Assembly: GCF_006345805.1 (NCBI RefSeq)
Contig: NC_042997.1
Coordinates: forward strand, 44,888,001 to 44,952,000
From: Octopus sinensis
Lineage: Eukaryota
Direction: 5' to 3'
DNA length: 64,000 nt
Under the pieces are notes generated by a model. The model searched no databases, was not told the DNA's origin, and saw nothing but the letters and a program-made list of their open reading frames with translations. Position 1 is the stretch's first letter; each line of letters begins with the position of its first letter. Shown here piece by piece: positions 24,698 through 35,907 of this stretch. Both the position numbers and the translations under genes were made by a program.

Positions 24698-27600
24698 CTG
24701 AAAATGTAACGATAAAAATGAAATACAAAAATATAATCTAGATAACATGCTTTAGTTAATTACAAATATACAAGCTGAATTATAAAAATATAAATTTTAG
24801 AAACTAAAGTGATGGAAAAAAATGTGAAAAATGTGAAATAAGAAAAATAATTTTTAAAAAGATCACAAAAACTACAATACAAATAGATAAGCATTTTCTA
24901 GTTACTTTGTGCAAAATTTTCAAACACCTATCAGAGGTTTAGTGAATATAGAAATAACATTTGAAATCCTATGGATTTACACATTACTAATGAAAGTATA
25001 CAGCATGTATATCCAATAATAAAGATCAGAAAAAAACAAAACAAAACAAAACAAATGAAAATGTTATTTCAGTTATGAAGAATACGGTATCTTATTGTTC
25101 ATTGGTTCTTCATCTTATGCATGCAAATGTATACATGTTTGTGTAGCTATGCAGAGGCATTAATATTTTGAAAGATGTACATTTTAATCCTAAATAAAGT
25201 ATTTTGCTTTAAAATCTAATTTGCTAATTTTGAAAGACATATCACTTCAAGTACAGACTCGTAAATGTTTTGTTTTGAACAATTCATGTTACAAGATGCT
25301 CCTCCTTAATATTAATTTCATTTATTTCTTAATTATAAATTAACGGAGAGACTAACTGACAACTAAATTTCAACATTAAATTCTGAGCCAGAACCACAAT
25401 ATATTGTTTGTATATTCTTCCAAATAATGTCCTATCAAATCTAATTATTACTCACAAAGTCAGTTTGATACAGGATTTATAATATCCCAATATACTTTTA
25501 AATATTATGAGCAAATAAATAAACAAAGTATATATTTTCTTCAGATACTTGTGGTAGTGGGAGTTAAGGGTACCGTTTAAGGAGGATAATATTACAATGA
25601 CACTTCTAGTGCTTGCCCTATTTCAACTTATTTTCAAGGTTATAATTAAATCACTAATTGTTTTTTAATAAATGCCAACATTTGCTTACACTTAGGCTTG
25701 AATGAAAATTTGGAGAACAGCTAAATTTGTGAGCAAATTTCAATTCTATATTGAAAGCAAAGTCACTTCTCTTCCATAGCTATTGTCTTTAGAAAGGAAA
25801 CAAAACAAAATAAAACATGAACATTACTATGTCATTCCATTCTCCTACACATGGCATTTAATTGCAAGGAGTTGATGGTATAAAATAGAAATGAGCTGTG
25901 TGAGAGTGTGACCTGATTCCATTGTGGAAATAGCTATTTCAACCACTTCAGTTAAATATAGCATTTGTTTTATCAACTGCTGTTCAACTTTATATTACTA
26001 CATACATGTTATGAATCTCAAATACAACGTCCAGTATCATATGAAATATTCTAATTACTGCCGTAAAAAGCACCATCTGTTCAGGGCCGTTGCCAGCCTC
26101 GCATGGCCCCCGTGCCGGTGGCACAAAAAAAGCACCATCCGATCGTGGCCGTTTGCCAGACTCGTCTGGCACGTAAAAAGCACCTACTACACTCATGGAG
26201 TGGTTGGCATTAGGAAGGGCATCCAGCCGTAGAAACATTGCCAGATCAAACTGGGCCTGGTGCAGCCTTCTGGCTTCCCAGACCCCAGTTGAACCGTCCA
26301 ACCCATGCTAGCATGGAAAGCAGACGCTGAACGATGATGATGATGATGATGATGATGATGTATGGGAAATATATTTCACTTTTACTAAAATATTCAAACT
26401 GTGACATAGTATGATTTTTATAATTGCCTTGGGGATTTAATCTGCAGTGGTTTTGTAATGGGTTTCTAAAATAGGTTTGAAGCTCATATGGGAACTGTCT
26501 TGGAGCATCGGTGATGGAACTGAAACTACATTCTAAGCCAGGAGCCCACCTCTACTCAACACTGCTCCCCTATAACACTAAAACACTAATATTTCTCTAA
26601 CCTTCTACCTCATAGTCTAAGAAGGAATTTGAACCAGATACTGTTAACTAATAAAACACTTGATAATTTTAGTGTGCTATTATTATGTTCAGTGGTGAAC
26701 TGTGCACTTTGTAATACCATTCGTAATCACATAAACCAAACCAACCAATGTGCCATTTCTAGAGCCACTGTTCAATATTTGTTACTGGATGCTGTTTGCA
26801 TGTTGGCTGGCGGTTAAGAAAAGTCTGTCAAATTCATCAAACAAACCATCTCAATCAGACATAGTCGAATTCTGAACTGCAAAGTGCACACCAAAAAAAA
26901 ATAAACATGTATTTAATACAAATGCAAGGCAACTGAAAAAGGCTCTGGGTGGTCACTTGACCATGTAGAAATAGTGACTAAATTTCCTTCCACTCACATC
27001 CTACTGTGTTAAAAAAGGAAAATGAAAACACAAATAATAGTGAGATATACTAAAATGCAGGACATTCACAACTGTAAAATCCTTGTTTAAGGTCTGTTGG
27101 ATCAGAGCTGACTTGGAGCTAAATAATAAAATGTATTTAGATATAGCTGGTATTAAACATAGTAAAATCTTAAGGAAATTTTTAATTTAAAGATGTGTAA
27201 AATATTTGACAAGATAGCATCATAAGTGCTGAGGCTAAATGGTTAATGTTTAAGCAGCTCAAATGAAGGAATGAAGAATATCCTTTTTCATTTTCCACAC
27301 TATAACCATTGTGCTATCTTTTGAAAAAACATTGGATTATGCCTCCAAAACTGTAAAAGTTTTGTAGTTTTCCACAATGCTACAATACTAAAAGGCACTT
27401 GAAATGATTTTGTTGTTACAAGTGTATGTAATATATGGCAGCTAATTGGATAGCATCTCTCTCTGAGCTGCACCTACTGAGGAAGTTGAACACTGCAAAA
27501 CAACAAAATACAAACTAATTTTAGAGAGCTCCTGCTGATTTGCAGTTTTGAGTTCCTCTTACGGTATAGTATCTATCAATATTTAGAATTAAATGAAAGA

Positions 27601-28122
27601 TCAATTTGTGACTGTCTATCATGGCTACATGGCAATGCTGGTGACAAGACATAAATTTGCTACTTCATAGCTGGTTATTCAAAATCTATCAACTGATTAT
27701 TGCACAGCTTGTTATCTGATTATCTATTAATTAAAATCTTTCATATCATTTAAAACTCACGAGAGATGAGTAAGCTGTCTGCTAAGTTACAATTAATTCA
27801 TAAACAAGAGTTAAGAGGTTAATATCAGACAGCCAACAATGAGGCTACCTTTGAAACTTGCTTGTTGTAACATACATCATTATTCAGTGTGTGGTTTTAG
27901 AAAAGTAAATTGTGAAACATGTCTAATGCTGCTGGTTGTTATTCTTTCTACTTATAACAACATCTAACTAGTTTGATGTGGCAGGAATACTGAGTAAAAT
28001 TAACTGACCTAGAAATTAAGGCTTAATTGGAAAGGATTTGAGTTGGAGGTGAAAAGAAAAATTGTGTATGAGTAAATGATTATGATGCTATAAATGAATA
28101 AGTTCAATATATCAGAACTGAC

Positions 28123-28188
28123 CTCTGATAGTTGTAGAGTTTTTAACACTTTCTCTTTTCTTGCGAGCTGCTTGCATGCTTAGAGGAT
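28123..28188 (-). CDS. sdk: Candidate 66-nt symmetric cassette exon of sdk (DPLSMQAARKKRESVKNSTTIR)
   Basis: Acceptor ttaactgttctcttcag|, donor GAG|gtcagt; 66 nt, open in phase 1, the phase of the host intron. No transcript evidence available. Confidence 0.6.
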
Positions 28189-28762
28189 CTGAAGAGAACA
28201 GTTAAATACAACGATATCAAGACAAAACAAACATGCTAAATTTACGTATAAAATATGTGCAGCCAGCAGAGCAGCTTTCTCTTTTTTTTTTTTTTGTCAT
28301 TTTCAGTAACTAGAATATTAAAAACAAAGCTTGAGTTGCACAAAGAAAATACAAAAACAAAGAAAAACAAACAAATTAGAAAAGTAATAAAAATTAAATT
28401 TTCAAAAAGTTAATCATGCAGAAACTAAGAGGGAACTCAGAAACATTCAACATCAAAATATAAAAAGACATTTATTCCTAAATATGGAAAGTAGAAAAAA
28501 GAAAAAAAAGGTAATTTAAATAAATGTTGCTGTTTGTATTATTATTACTATCATTATTTGTGGCAAAAACTGGGTGAATGGACAAGTGGTTGTAGAACAG
28601 AGACCAACTGTTGGAGGAGTGCTTGTGTCTTTAGTGGTCAGGGTGACCCAGAATCTGTGAGCTTCTTTGATTGGTCCTATTTTGAAGTTCTCCTACTTGA
28701 AGAGGACTGCATCATCATTGTGTCCACATATCAAGAATACTATATATATATATATATATAAT

Positions 28763-28985
28763 AAATTAAATAAAGAAAATGCACTCATTTTACATAGTTT
28801 TAATATATTTTTTTAGTGTATTTTATATTGTGTTTGTCCAAGAAGCAGGCTGCATGAGACAGTGTTCCCCACCTGATGATGAAGCATGTCTCATGCAGCC
28901 TGCTTCTTGGACCAACACAATATAAAATATATCAAAAAAATATATTAAAACTATGTAAAGTGTGTGCATTTTCCTTCTTTAATTT
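28763..28985. repeat. Imperfect inverted repeat, ~100-bp arms, 25-nt spacer
   Basis: ...gtccaagaagcaggctgcatgagaca / tgtctcatgcagcctgcttcttggac...; arms continue out to aaattaaa / tttaattt with a few mismatches; the spacer contains CTGATGA. Confidence 0.88.
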
Positions 28986-29807
28986 CTTATGTATATTACA
29001 ACTCACCATGTGGGGATAATCGAAATTCTTCTCTTTCTGTTACTATATATATATATATATCTGTTTCGAGACGCATAAATTATAATGGTTATTGACAATT
29101 TTTGTCTTTTTTTCGGCATATTTGGCATTAGAATTTTTCTTTTGCCCTTATCTTGTAAATTATTTATAAATTTAAAACCTTTAAAGGTATTTTTTGATAT
29201 GTTGGCCATTGATAAAATTTTTTTCCCGAAAAAAATTTTATCCTACATTAGTTATATTAATAAATGAAATAAAACATATGCATATATATAAACATATATG
29301 TACGTACCTACCTCTACATGTACATATACACGCATATATGAGTACAGGACACCAAAAGGACGTCGAACACAAAGAGAAATGAAAACATAGACACAAACCA
29401 AAGGAACTGGACATTTTTTTAAAAACATATATATATATATATATTTTTTTTTTTTTTAAAATCTCATTTCCTCCTCCAATCCCTTCTTTCCTCTCTCATG
29501 TTTCATGTAAACCCTCTCACAATTTGTTAAACTGTTCATGTTATGTCACCCCTCATCTGATGCCCCTCAGGTAAATAAAAAGAAATCATTATTATTATCA
29601 TTACTATTAAGGCACTGAGATGGCAGAATTGTTAGCATGCCAGACAAAACACTTAGTGGCATTTTGTCCATCTTGTTATCAATTCAAATTATGGCTTTTA
29701 TCCTTTTGGGATCAATAAAATAAAAGCACCAGTTGAAGACTGGGGTTGATGCTATGGACTAGTCCCCTTATCCAAAATTTCAGGCTTCATGTCTATAATA
29801 GAAAGGA

Positions 29808-29838
<31 letters not shown>

Positions 29839-30408
29839 TATTATTATTAGGGTGGTGAGCTGGCAAAACTGTTAGCATGCTGGGGGAAATGTTTAGCAAT
29901 ATTTCATCCATTTTCAATTCTGAGTTCAAATTTCACTAAGGTTGACTTTGCCTTTCATCCTTTCAAGGTTGATAAAATAAGTACCAGTTATGCACTGGGG
30001 TTGATGTAATCAATTATCCCCCTCCACCAAATTTCAGGCCTTGTGACTATAGTAGAAAGGATTATTATTATCATTATTACTACTATTATTATTGCTATGA
30101 TTAACTTACAGCTAGTACTGATATTATTGTTTACGAGTATTGATATTCTTGTTAATTATAACTACTACTACTACTACTACTGCTACTTTCGTTATTTAGC
30201 ATAGTTTGCTATTTTTCACAGAACTCTCTAAGTGGGAAGTGATTGATTGACTGGCAGGACTCAGGTATTGGTTCAATCGTCACTTAACTCTCCTGTCTAC
30301 AAGGTTCATGAATAAACCAGAAACTGATAGGTTTGATTAATCAAGTCTACGGCCTTGATGACAGAAATCAACTCCCCATTGTTGGTAGCTGTAGATTTTT
30401 TGTTGTTT

Positions 30409-30820
30409 ACTCTCTTTTACTCTTTTACTTGTTTCAGTCATTTGACTGCGGCCATGCTGGAGCACCACCTTTAGTCGAGCAAATCGACCCCGGGACTTAT
30501 TCTTTGTAAGCCCAGTACTTATTCTATCGGTCTCTTTTGCCGAACCGCTAAGTGACGGGGACGTAAACACACCAGCATCGGTTGTCAAGCAATGCTAGGG
30601 GGACAAACACAGACACACAAACATATACACACACACACTTATATATATATATACATATATACGACAGGCTTCTTTCAGTTTCCGTCTACCAAATCCACTC
30701 ACAAGGCATTGGTCGGCCCGGGACTATAGCAGAAGACACTTGCCCAAGATGCCACGCAGTGGGACTGAACCCGGAACCATGTGGTTGGTTAGCAAGCTAC
30801 TTACCACACAGCCACTCCTG
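30409..30820 (-). mobile_element. SINE family A copy
   Basis: Same consensus; further minus copies at ~33081-33468, 44208-44615, 46447-46821, 58401-58828, 59976-60355 and 60583-61006. Confidence 0.85.
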
Positions 30821-30859
30821 CTATCTTATTTTAATTTATCTTTTAATGGCTTAGCCAGA

Positions 30860-31690
30860 GGAGGAAGGCCAACATCTATGACCTTTTTGTAAGCCTCTAA
30901 AAGCTAGAGAGAGAGGAAGGAAGGCAGTTATATTCAGACTGGGAGATGTGGCTTGAGCAGATCCACAATGAAATTGGTGATTTCAAGTACCTTGATTCTG
31001 AGATAACCTCAACTGAAAACTATGTAAAAACTTGGTTTGCCCTGAGCAAACTGGATGTTGTCTAGAAATCAACCCTCTCAGACAACCTTAACCCTTCAGT
31101 GTTTAAACTAGCCATATCTGGCCCAGATATTCTACATGTTTTATATTCAAACTGGCCATATCCAGCCTCTCACACCTAACCTACATTGACATTCTAAAAA
31201 TAAACAATCACATCATTGAAACTTCAAAGCTATAAGATAATGCATGATTAATTCAAAACAATTTGAGTGAAAAACTATTACATTTAACAGAGTAGTCTGA
31301 ATACTAGGAATTTTTTCTGTACAACAACAAAGCCAGTCCTTTCATATGGTGTAACAACCTGGATGCTTAACTGGAAACTGGGGTAGATGGAACATACACT
31401 TGAATGTTAAGGGCAATCTTAAGAATTTATCCAACCATGAAATAGCTGCATGGTGATCTCCTGCTTGCTTCCACCATTACAAGGGAAAGGCATTTGTGCT
31501 TTGCAGGTAACTGTTGGAGAGCCAAGCAAGAGATGACCTACTGCTATGGATGACAAAGTATGCCAGTACTTGAGCAGGTTGTCCGAACACAATGTATATA
31601 GATCATTTCATCAGGGACACTAGATGTCTCCCTAAAGACCTCCCTTCATTAATGTGGGACAGAGATGGATGGCATGTGTGGATCCACAAC
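30860..31690 (+). mobile_element. Degraded RTE-like LINE 3' fragment interrupted by a short repeat (~31087-31305)
   Basis: 'DFKYLDSEIT...WFALSKLDVV*KS.LSD' and a 3' part similar to 3355-3625. Confidence 0.55.
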
Positions 31691-31806
31691 AGAGCTGTTC
31701 TCCCCATTATAGGTTTTCGAGTTAAAACCAGGCATCAGATAAAGTCTACCACTCACATTTATATAAAAGAAGAGAAGAGAGATTATAGATGGCAAAATCA
31801 AAAGGG

Positions 31807-31873
<67 letters not shown>

Positions 31874-32211
31874 AGCCAAAAAGTAACCCATTTTGTTACC
31901 ATATTTCTGTTGAAATGCTCCATCTTTTTTTCAATTATTTTTTTTTAATAAATTAACTTTGTAATTATTAAGCTGATATCTGGAATGAATTAACATGAAC
32001 TTTTGATAAGAGATTTTTAACTTAGATCACTTTAAAACAGGATGTTTGTGTCACAGCACCAGGCAGGTTGATATCAGAAAGGTTAGCAACATGCTTTTTG
32101 GGCTGCAATTATGTCAATGACTGCAATAATTAAATGTGAAATGTTACATGATAAGGACAAACCATTGGTATAAACAATGTATGAAAATAATAACTATTTC
32201 TTTAGACTGTG

Positions 32212-32244
<33 letters not shown>

Positions 32245-32288
32245 AAGTAACAGTAGTAGTAGTATAGTATGGAAACACTTGGGTTCTC

Positions 32289-32515
32289 TTAATCCTTTCA
32301 TTACCAGCCTGGCTGAAACCGGCTCTGGCTCTGTAGTACAAATGTCTTGTTTTCATAAGTTTTGAATTAAAATCTTCCACCAAACCTTAGTCACAATTTA
32401 TGTTCCTAACACTAGCTTAATGATAAGTAAGTTATTTTACTAAATTCTTTGTTATATTTAAAGTAATTGAAAGAAACAGAGCATCTTAAAATAAATACAG
32501 TAACAAAAGGGTTAA
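32289..32515. mobile_element. piggyBac-type MITE
   Basis: TTAA at both ends; TIRs tcctttcattac / gtaacaaaaggg. Confidence 0.72.
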
Positions 32516-34642
32516 ACTGAATTCTCCTTGATAAATTATCTTTTAGCTTTTACATGTTTCAATCATTGTACGGTAGCTATACTGGGGTAGTACTGCCCTA
32601 CAGGATTTAGTCAAACAAGTCAACTCAATACTTATTCTATCAGACTCTTTCGTTGAACTGCTAAGTTACAGAGACATAATCAAACCAACATCAGTTGTCA
32701 AGCACACACACACACACATCTTTCAACCAAATCCACTCACAAGACTTTGGTCAGTCCAAAGCTATATAGTAGTAGACACTTTCCAAAGTACTGCACAGTG
32801 AGACTGAACCCAAATCTGCATGGCTTGGAAGCAAGCTTCTTAACCATGCTGCCATTCTACAGAAGGAAGTTGAACCAATGTGGGAGTTTTGACACTTGTT
32901 ACTTGACCCACTAGAAACATCAACCAAACTCCTCTCATACCACATCTTGTCATCTTAAGAAAAAAAAACTGAAGGATACTCTGGATGAATGGAGCCTTAG
33001 ACAAAATGTTTGAAAAAAAAGATGGCATAGTCATGATTGGAATGTTTGATCATAGGTTTGTTTGATCAGAGCTGACTATATACTCTTTTACTTGTTTCAG
33101 TCATTTGACTGCGGCCATGCTGGAGCACCGCCTTTAGTCGATCAAATCGACCCCGGGACTTATTCTTTGTAAGCCCAGTACTTATTCTATCGGTCTCTTT
33201 TGCCGAACCGCTAAGTGACGGGGACGTAAACACACCAGCATTGGTTGTCAAGCAATGCTAGGGAAACAAACACACACACATACATATATATATATATACA
33301 TATATACGACAGGCTTCTTTCAGTTTCCATCTACCAAATCCACTCACAAGGCATTGGTCGGCTTGGGGCTATAGCAGAAGACACTTGCCCAAGATGCCAC
33401 GCAGTGGGACTGAACCCGCAACCATGTGGCTGGTTAGCAAGCTACTTACCACACAGCCACTCCTGCGCATAAAAAATATGAGAAAAATTAACAAATTTCA
33501 ATGGGACCACTTGATCAGCTAAAAATAACAGGCACATTTCCTTCAAATCACATCCTATCATCTTAAATATAAAAGGAAAGACACATTAAATGACTTAGTC
33601 TGAGATATCTGATGTTTGAAGAAAAAAGATGGATGGTTAAAGATGGAATGTCTTTGATTGTATTTATAGTCCTAGATATACAAAAAAAAGTGTTGACTGT
33701 CATGATAGGAATGTCTTTCATCAGATCTGTTAGGTCAGTGTTGATTTATGAATTATTGATTTTCTTTTTTTTTTTATTGAACAGCTTAGTGAGAGGATGA
33801 AGGATAACACTCATAACCCAGGGTTTCCAGTGCCAGTGAGAAAGAAGAAAGGAAGTTGTCCTTGAACTAGAAAACTGCCCAAATGTTTTCAACAGAATGT
33901 TTTTAAAAGCACCAAAAACCAAGTGGTGATGTTAAACCATACAACTCAAGGAGGAGGATTAAGCAATACCACCACCACCACCACTGCCGCCACTACTACC
34001 ACCACCACCAAAAACAACAATAATAACACCATTTCAATGATATCAAATTTGTGTATAACATTCTAATCTTGAAGGGAACCAAACTCAACCTGTACCCTGA
34101 GCTCCATGAAAAGCTTAATCCCTTTTTTAGTGAAGCTATGATATTTATAGAATTTTACTTGTTTTCCTATTGTGGGTTAGATGATGTTCTGGAATTGATT
34201 CCTGCTCCTAAGGTAATTAGAAGCTCAGCTAATTAATTAAAACATTTAGAAGTTATACAGTGCTTATATATTTCGAGCTGAGAAGGAAATAAAATGGCAG
34301 GATCATTGAAGTTGTTGGATAGAATGCTTTGTGGTACTTATTTCTGGTTCGGGTACTATCAAGGTTAATTTCTCTTTTTTCATCTCTTCTCTGCTGATGA
34401 ATAAGGTACCAATCAAAAACTGCGGTTGATTCATTTTTCATCCTCATCTTTCCCTATCCCTCCCTCTTTCAATGAATTGGTTATATCGCACTGCTACAAG
34501 GCCATAGGAAATACTTAAAAGGACAGAGAGCCTTACTGATATAAATAAATGAAAAGAAAAAAAAAATCTCCAGATGGCTTGGAAGGGTCACCCACACTTC
34601 AAGAGATGGCAACTACAGAAGAAGTTACAAATGATGATGATG

Positions 34643-35907
34643 TATCAGGCTGAGTAAAATGTAAGCAACGTTTTGAAACATGAAATTCATCACAATATAT
34701 TTCAAAAATGCAGAAATTTTAATCATCGAAATAAGTACCATTACAATCAACACATTTTTTTCATCAAGTTACAAGTTTGTTTATTTCAGTGACACAGAAA
34801 GCTGGAGTTCTAGAGCTGAGGAACTCTTTGAATACACTTTCAGCATTAGTTTGATATTTTTAACTCCTCTCACAGGAAACCATCTAGGTGCTTGAAAAAG
34901 TGGTAGTCAGTAGAAGAAAGGTCTGGGTAAGAACTTTGAAGCCAAGTTCCCTCAACTTCTGGAGTGTCAATAGTGAAATGTTTGGCTGAGCATTGTCATG
35001 AAGAATGATTGGCTCACTTCTGTTGACCAGTCTGGGATGGAGGAGTAGCAGTTTTTCATTCATTCTGGCAATTTCATGGTAATATATTTCTGCAGTAATA
35101 GTTTTTCTGGGTTTTAAGAAGCTATAGTGGATGAGTCCAGCAGTACACCACCAAACAGTCACCATAACCTTCTTTTTGAAGAGTTTAGGTTTAGGGAAAA
35201 GGTTTTTGGTGCATCCTTTTTGTCTAACCACTGCGAAGAACGTTTTTTATCATCATACTGAATCCACTTTTCATTGCAAGCTACAATACAGTTGAGAAAT
35301 GGATCGGTCTGGTTACGGAGAAGAAGTGACAAGCAAATTTCATATTTGTGCTTTTTCTGATTTTCATTCAAATCGTGTGGTACTCATTTGTCAAGCTTTT
35401 TTGATTTTCTAATCGCATGCAAATGGTTACAGGTAGTTTTCTGGCTAACTTTAAGTTCTTTTACCAGTTCTTGAGTGGTTTTACATGGATCTTTCTCAAT
35501 GATGGTCCTTGATTGACCATCATCGATGACAGATGGGCGTCCATTATGCTCACAATCTTCAAGTCTCAGGTCTCCATTGAGAAATCGTTTAAACCATTTT
35601 CGAGCTGACCACTCACTGGTCATTTCCTCACCAAACATTTCGTTGATATCACGACCAGTTTCAATTGCATTATGCACCTCTTTTTGAAGTTGAATAGCAA
35701 AATTGCTTGAATGTCACGCTTTGATATTTTCATTTCAGATGATTGTAACAAGAGTGAAAAAAATATCAATGTTAATTTAGTAATACACTTGGGTGAGTCT
35801 ATGTTTGTGTTATCAGACAATAGCAAAAAAAGTGCTTAAAAAAATTCAAAACTCTGGCACAAACTCATCATGGTTCAAAACGTTGCTTCCTTTTACACAA
35901 CCGGATA
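34643..35907 (-). mobile_element. Full-length degraded mariner DNA transposon (~1.26 kb)
   Basis: TA-flanked imperfect TIRs (tatcaggctgagtaaaatgtaagcaacgttttga / tcaaaacgttgcttccttttacacaaccggata). Frameshifted transposase fragments: HTH 'ARKWFKRF..GD..LED..H.GRPS', 'IVACNEKWIQYD', 'VWW...G.IHY..L....TIT...Y', 'ILHDNAQP'. Confidence 0.92.
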
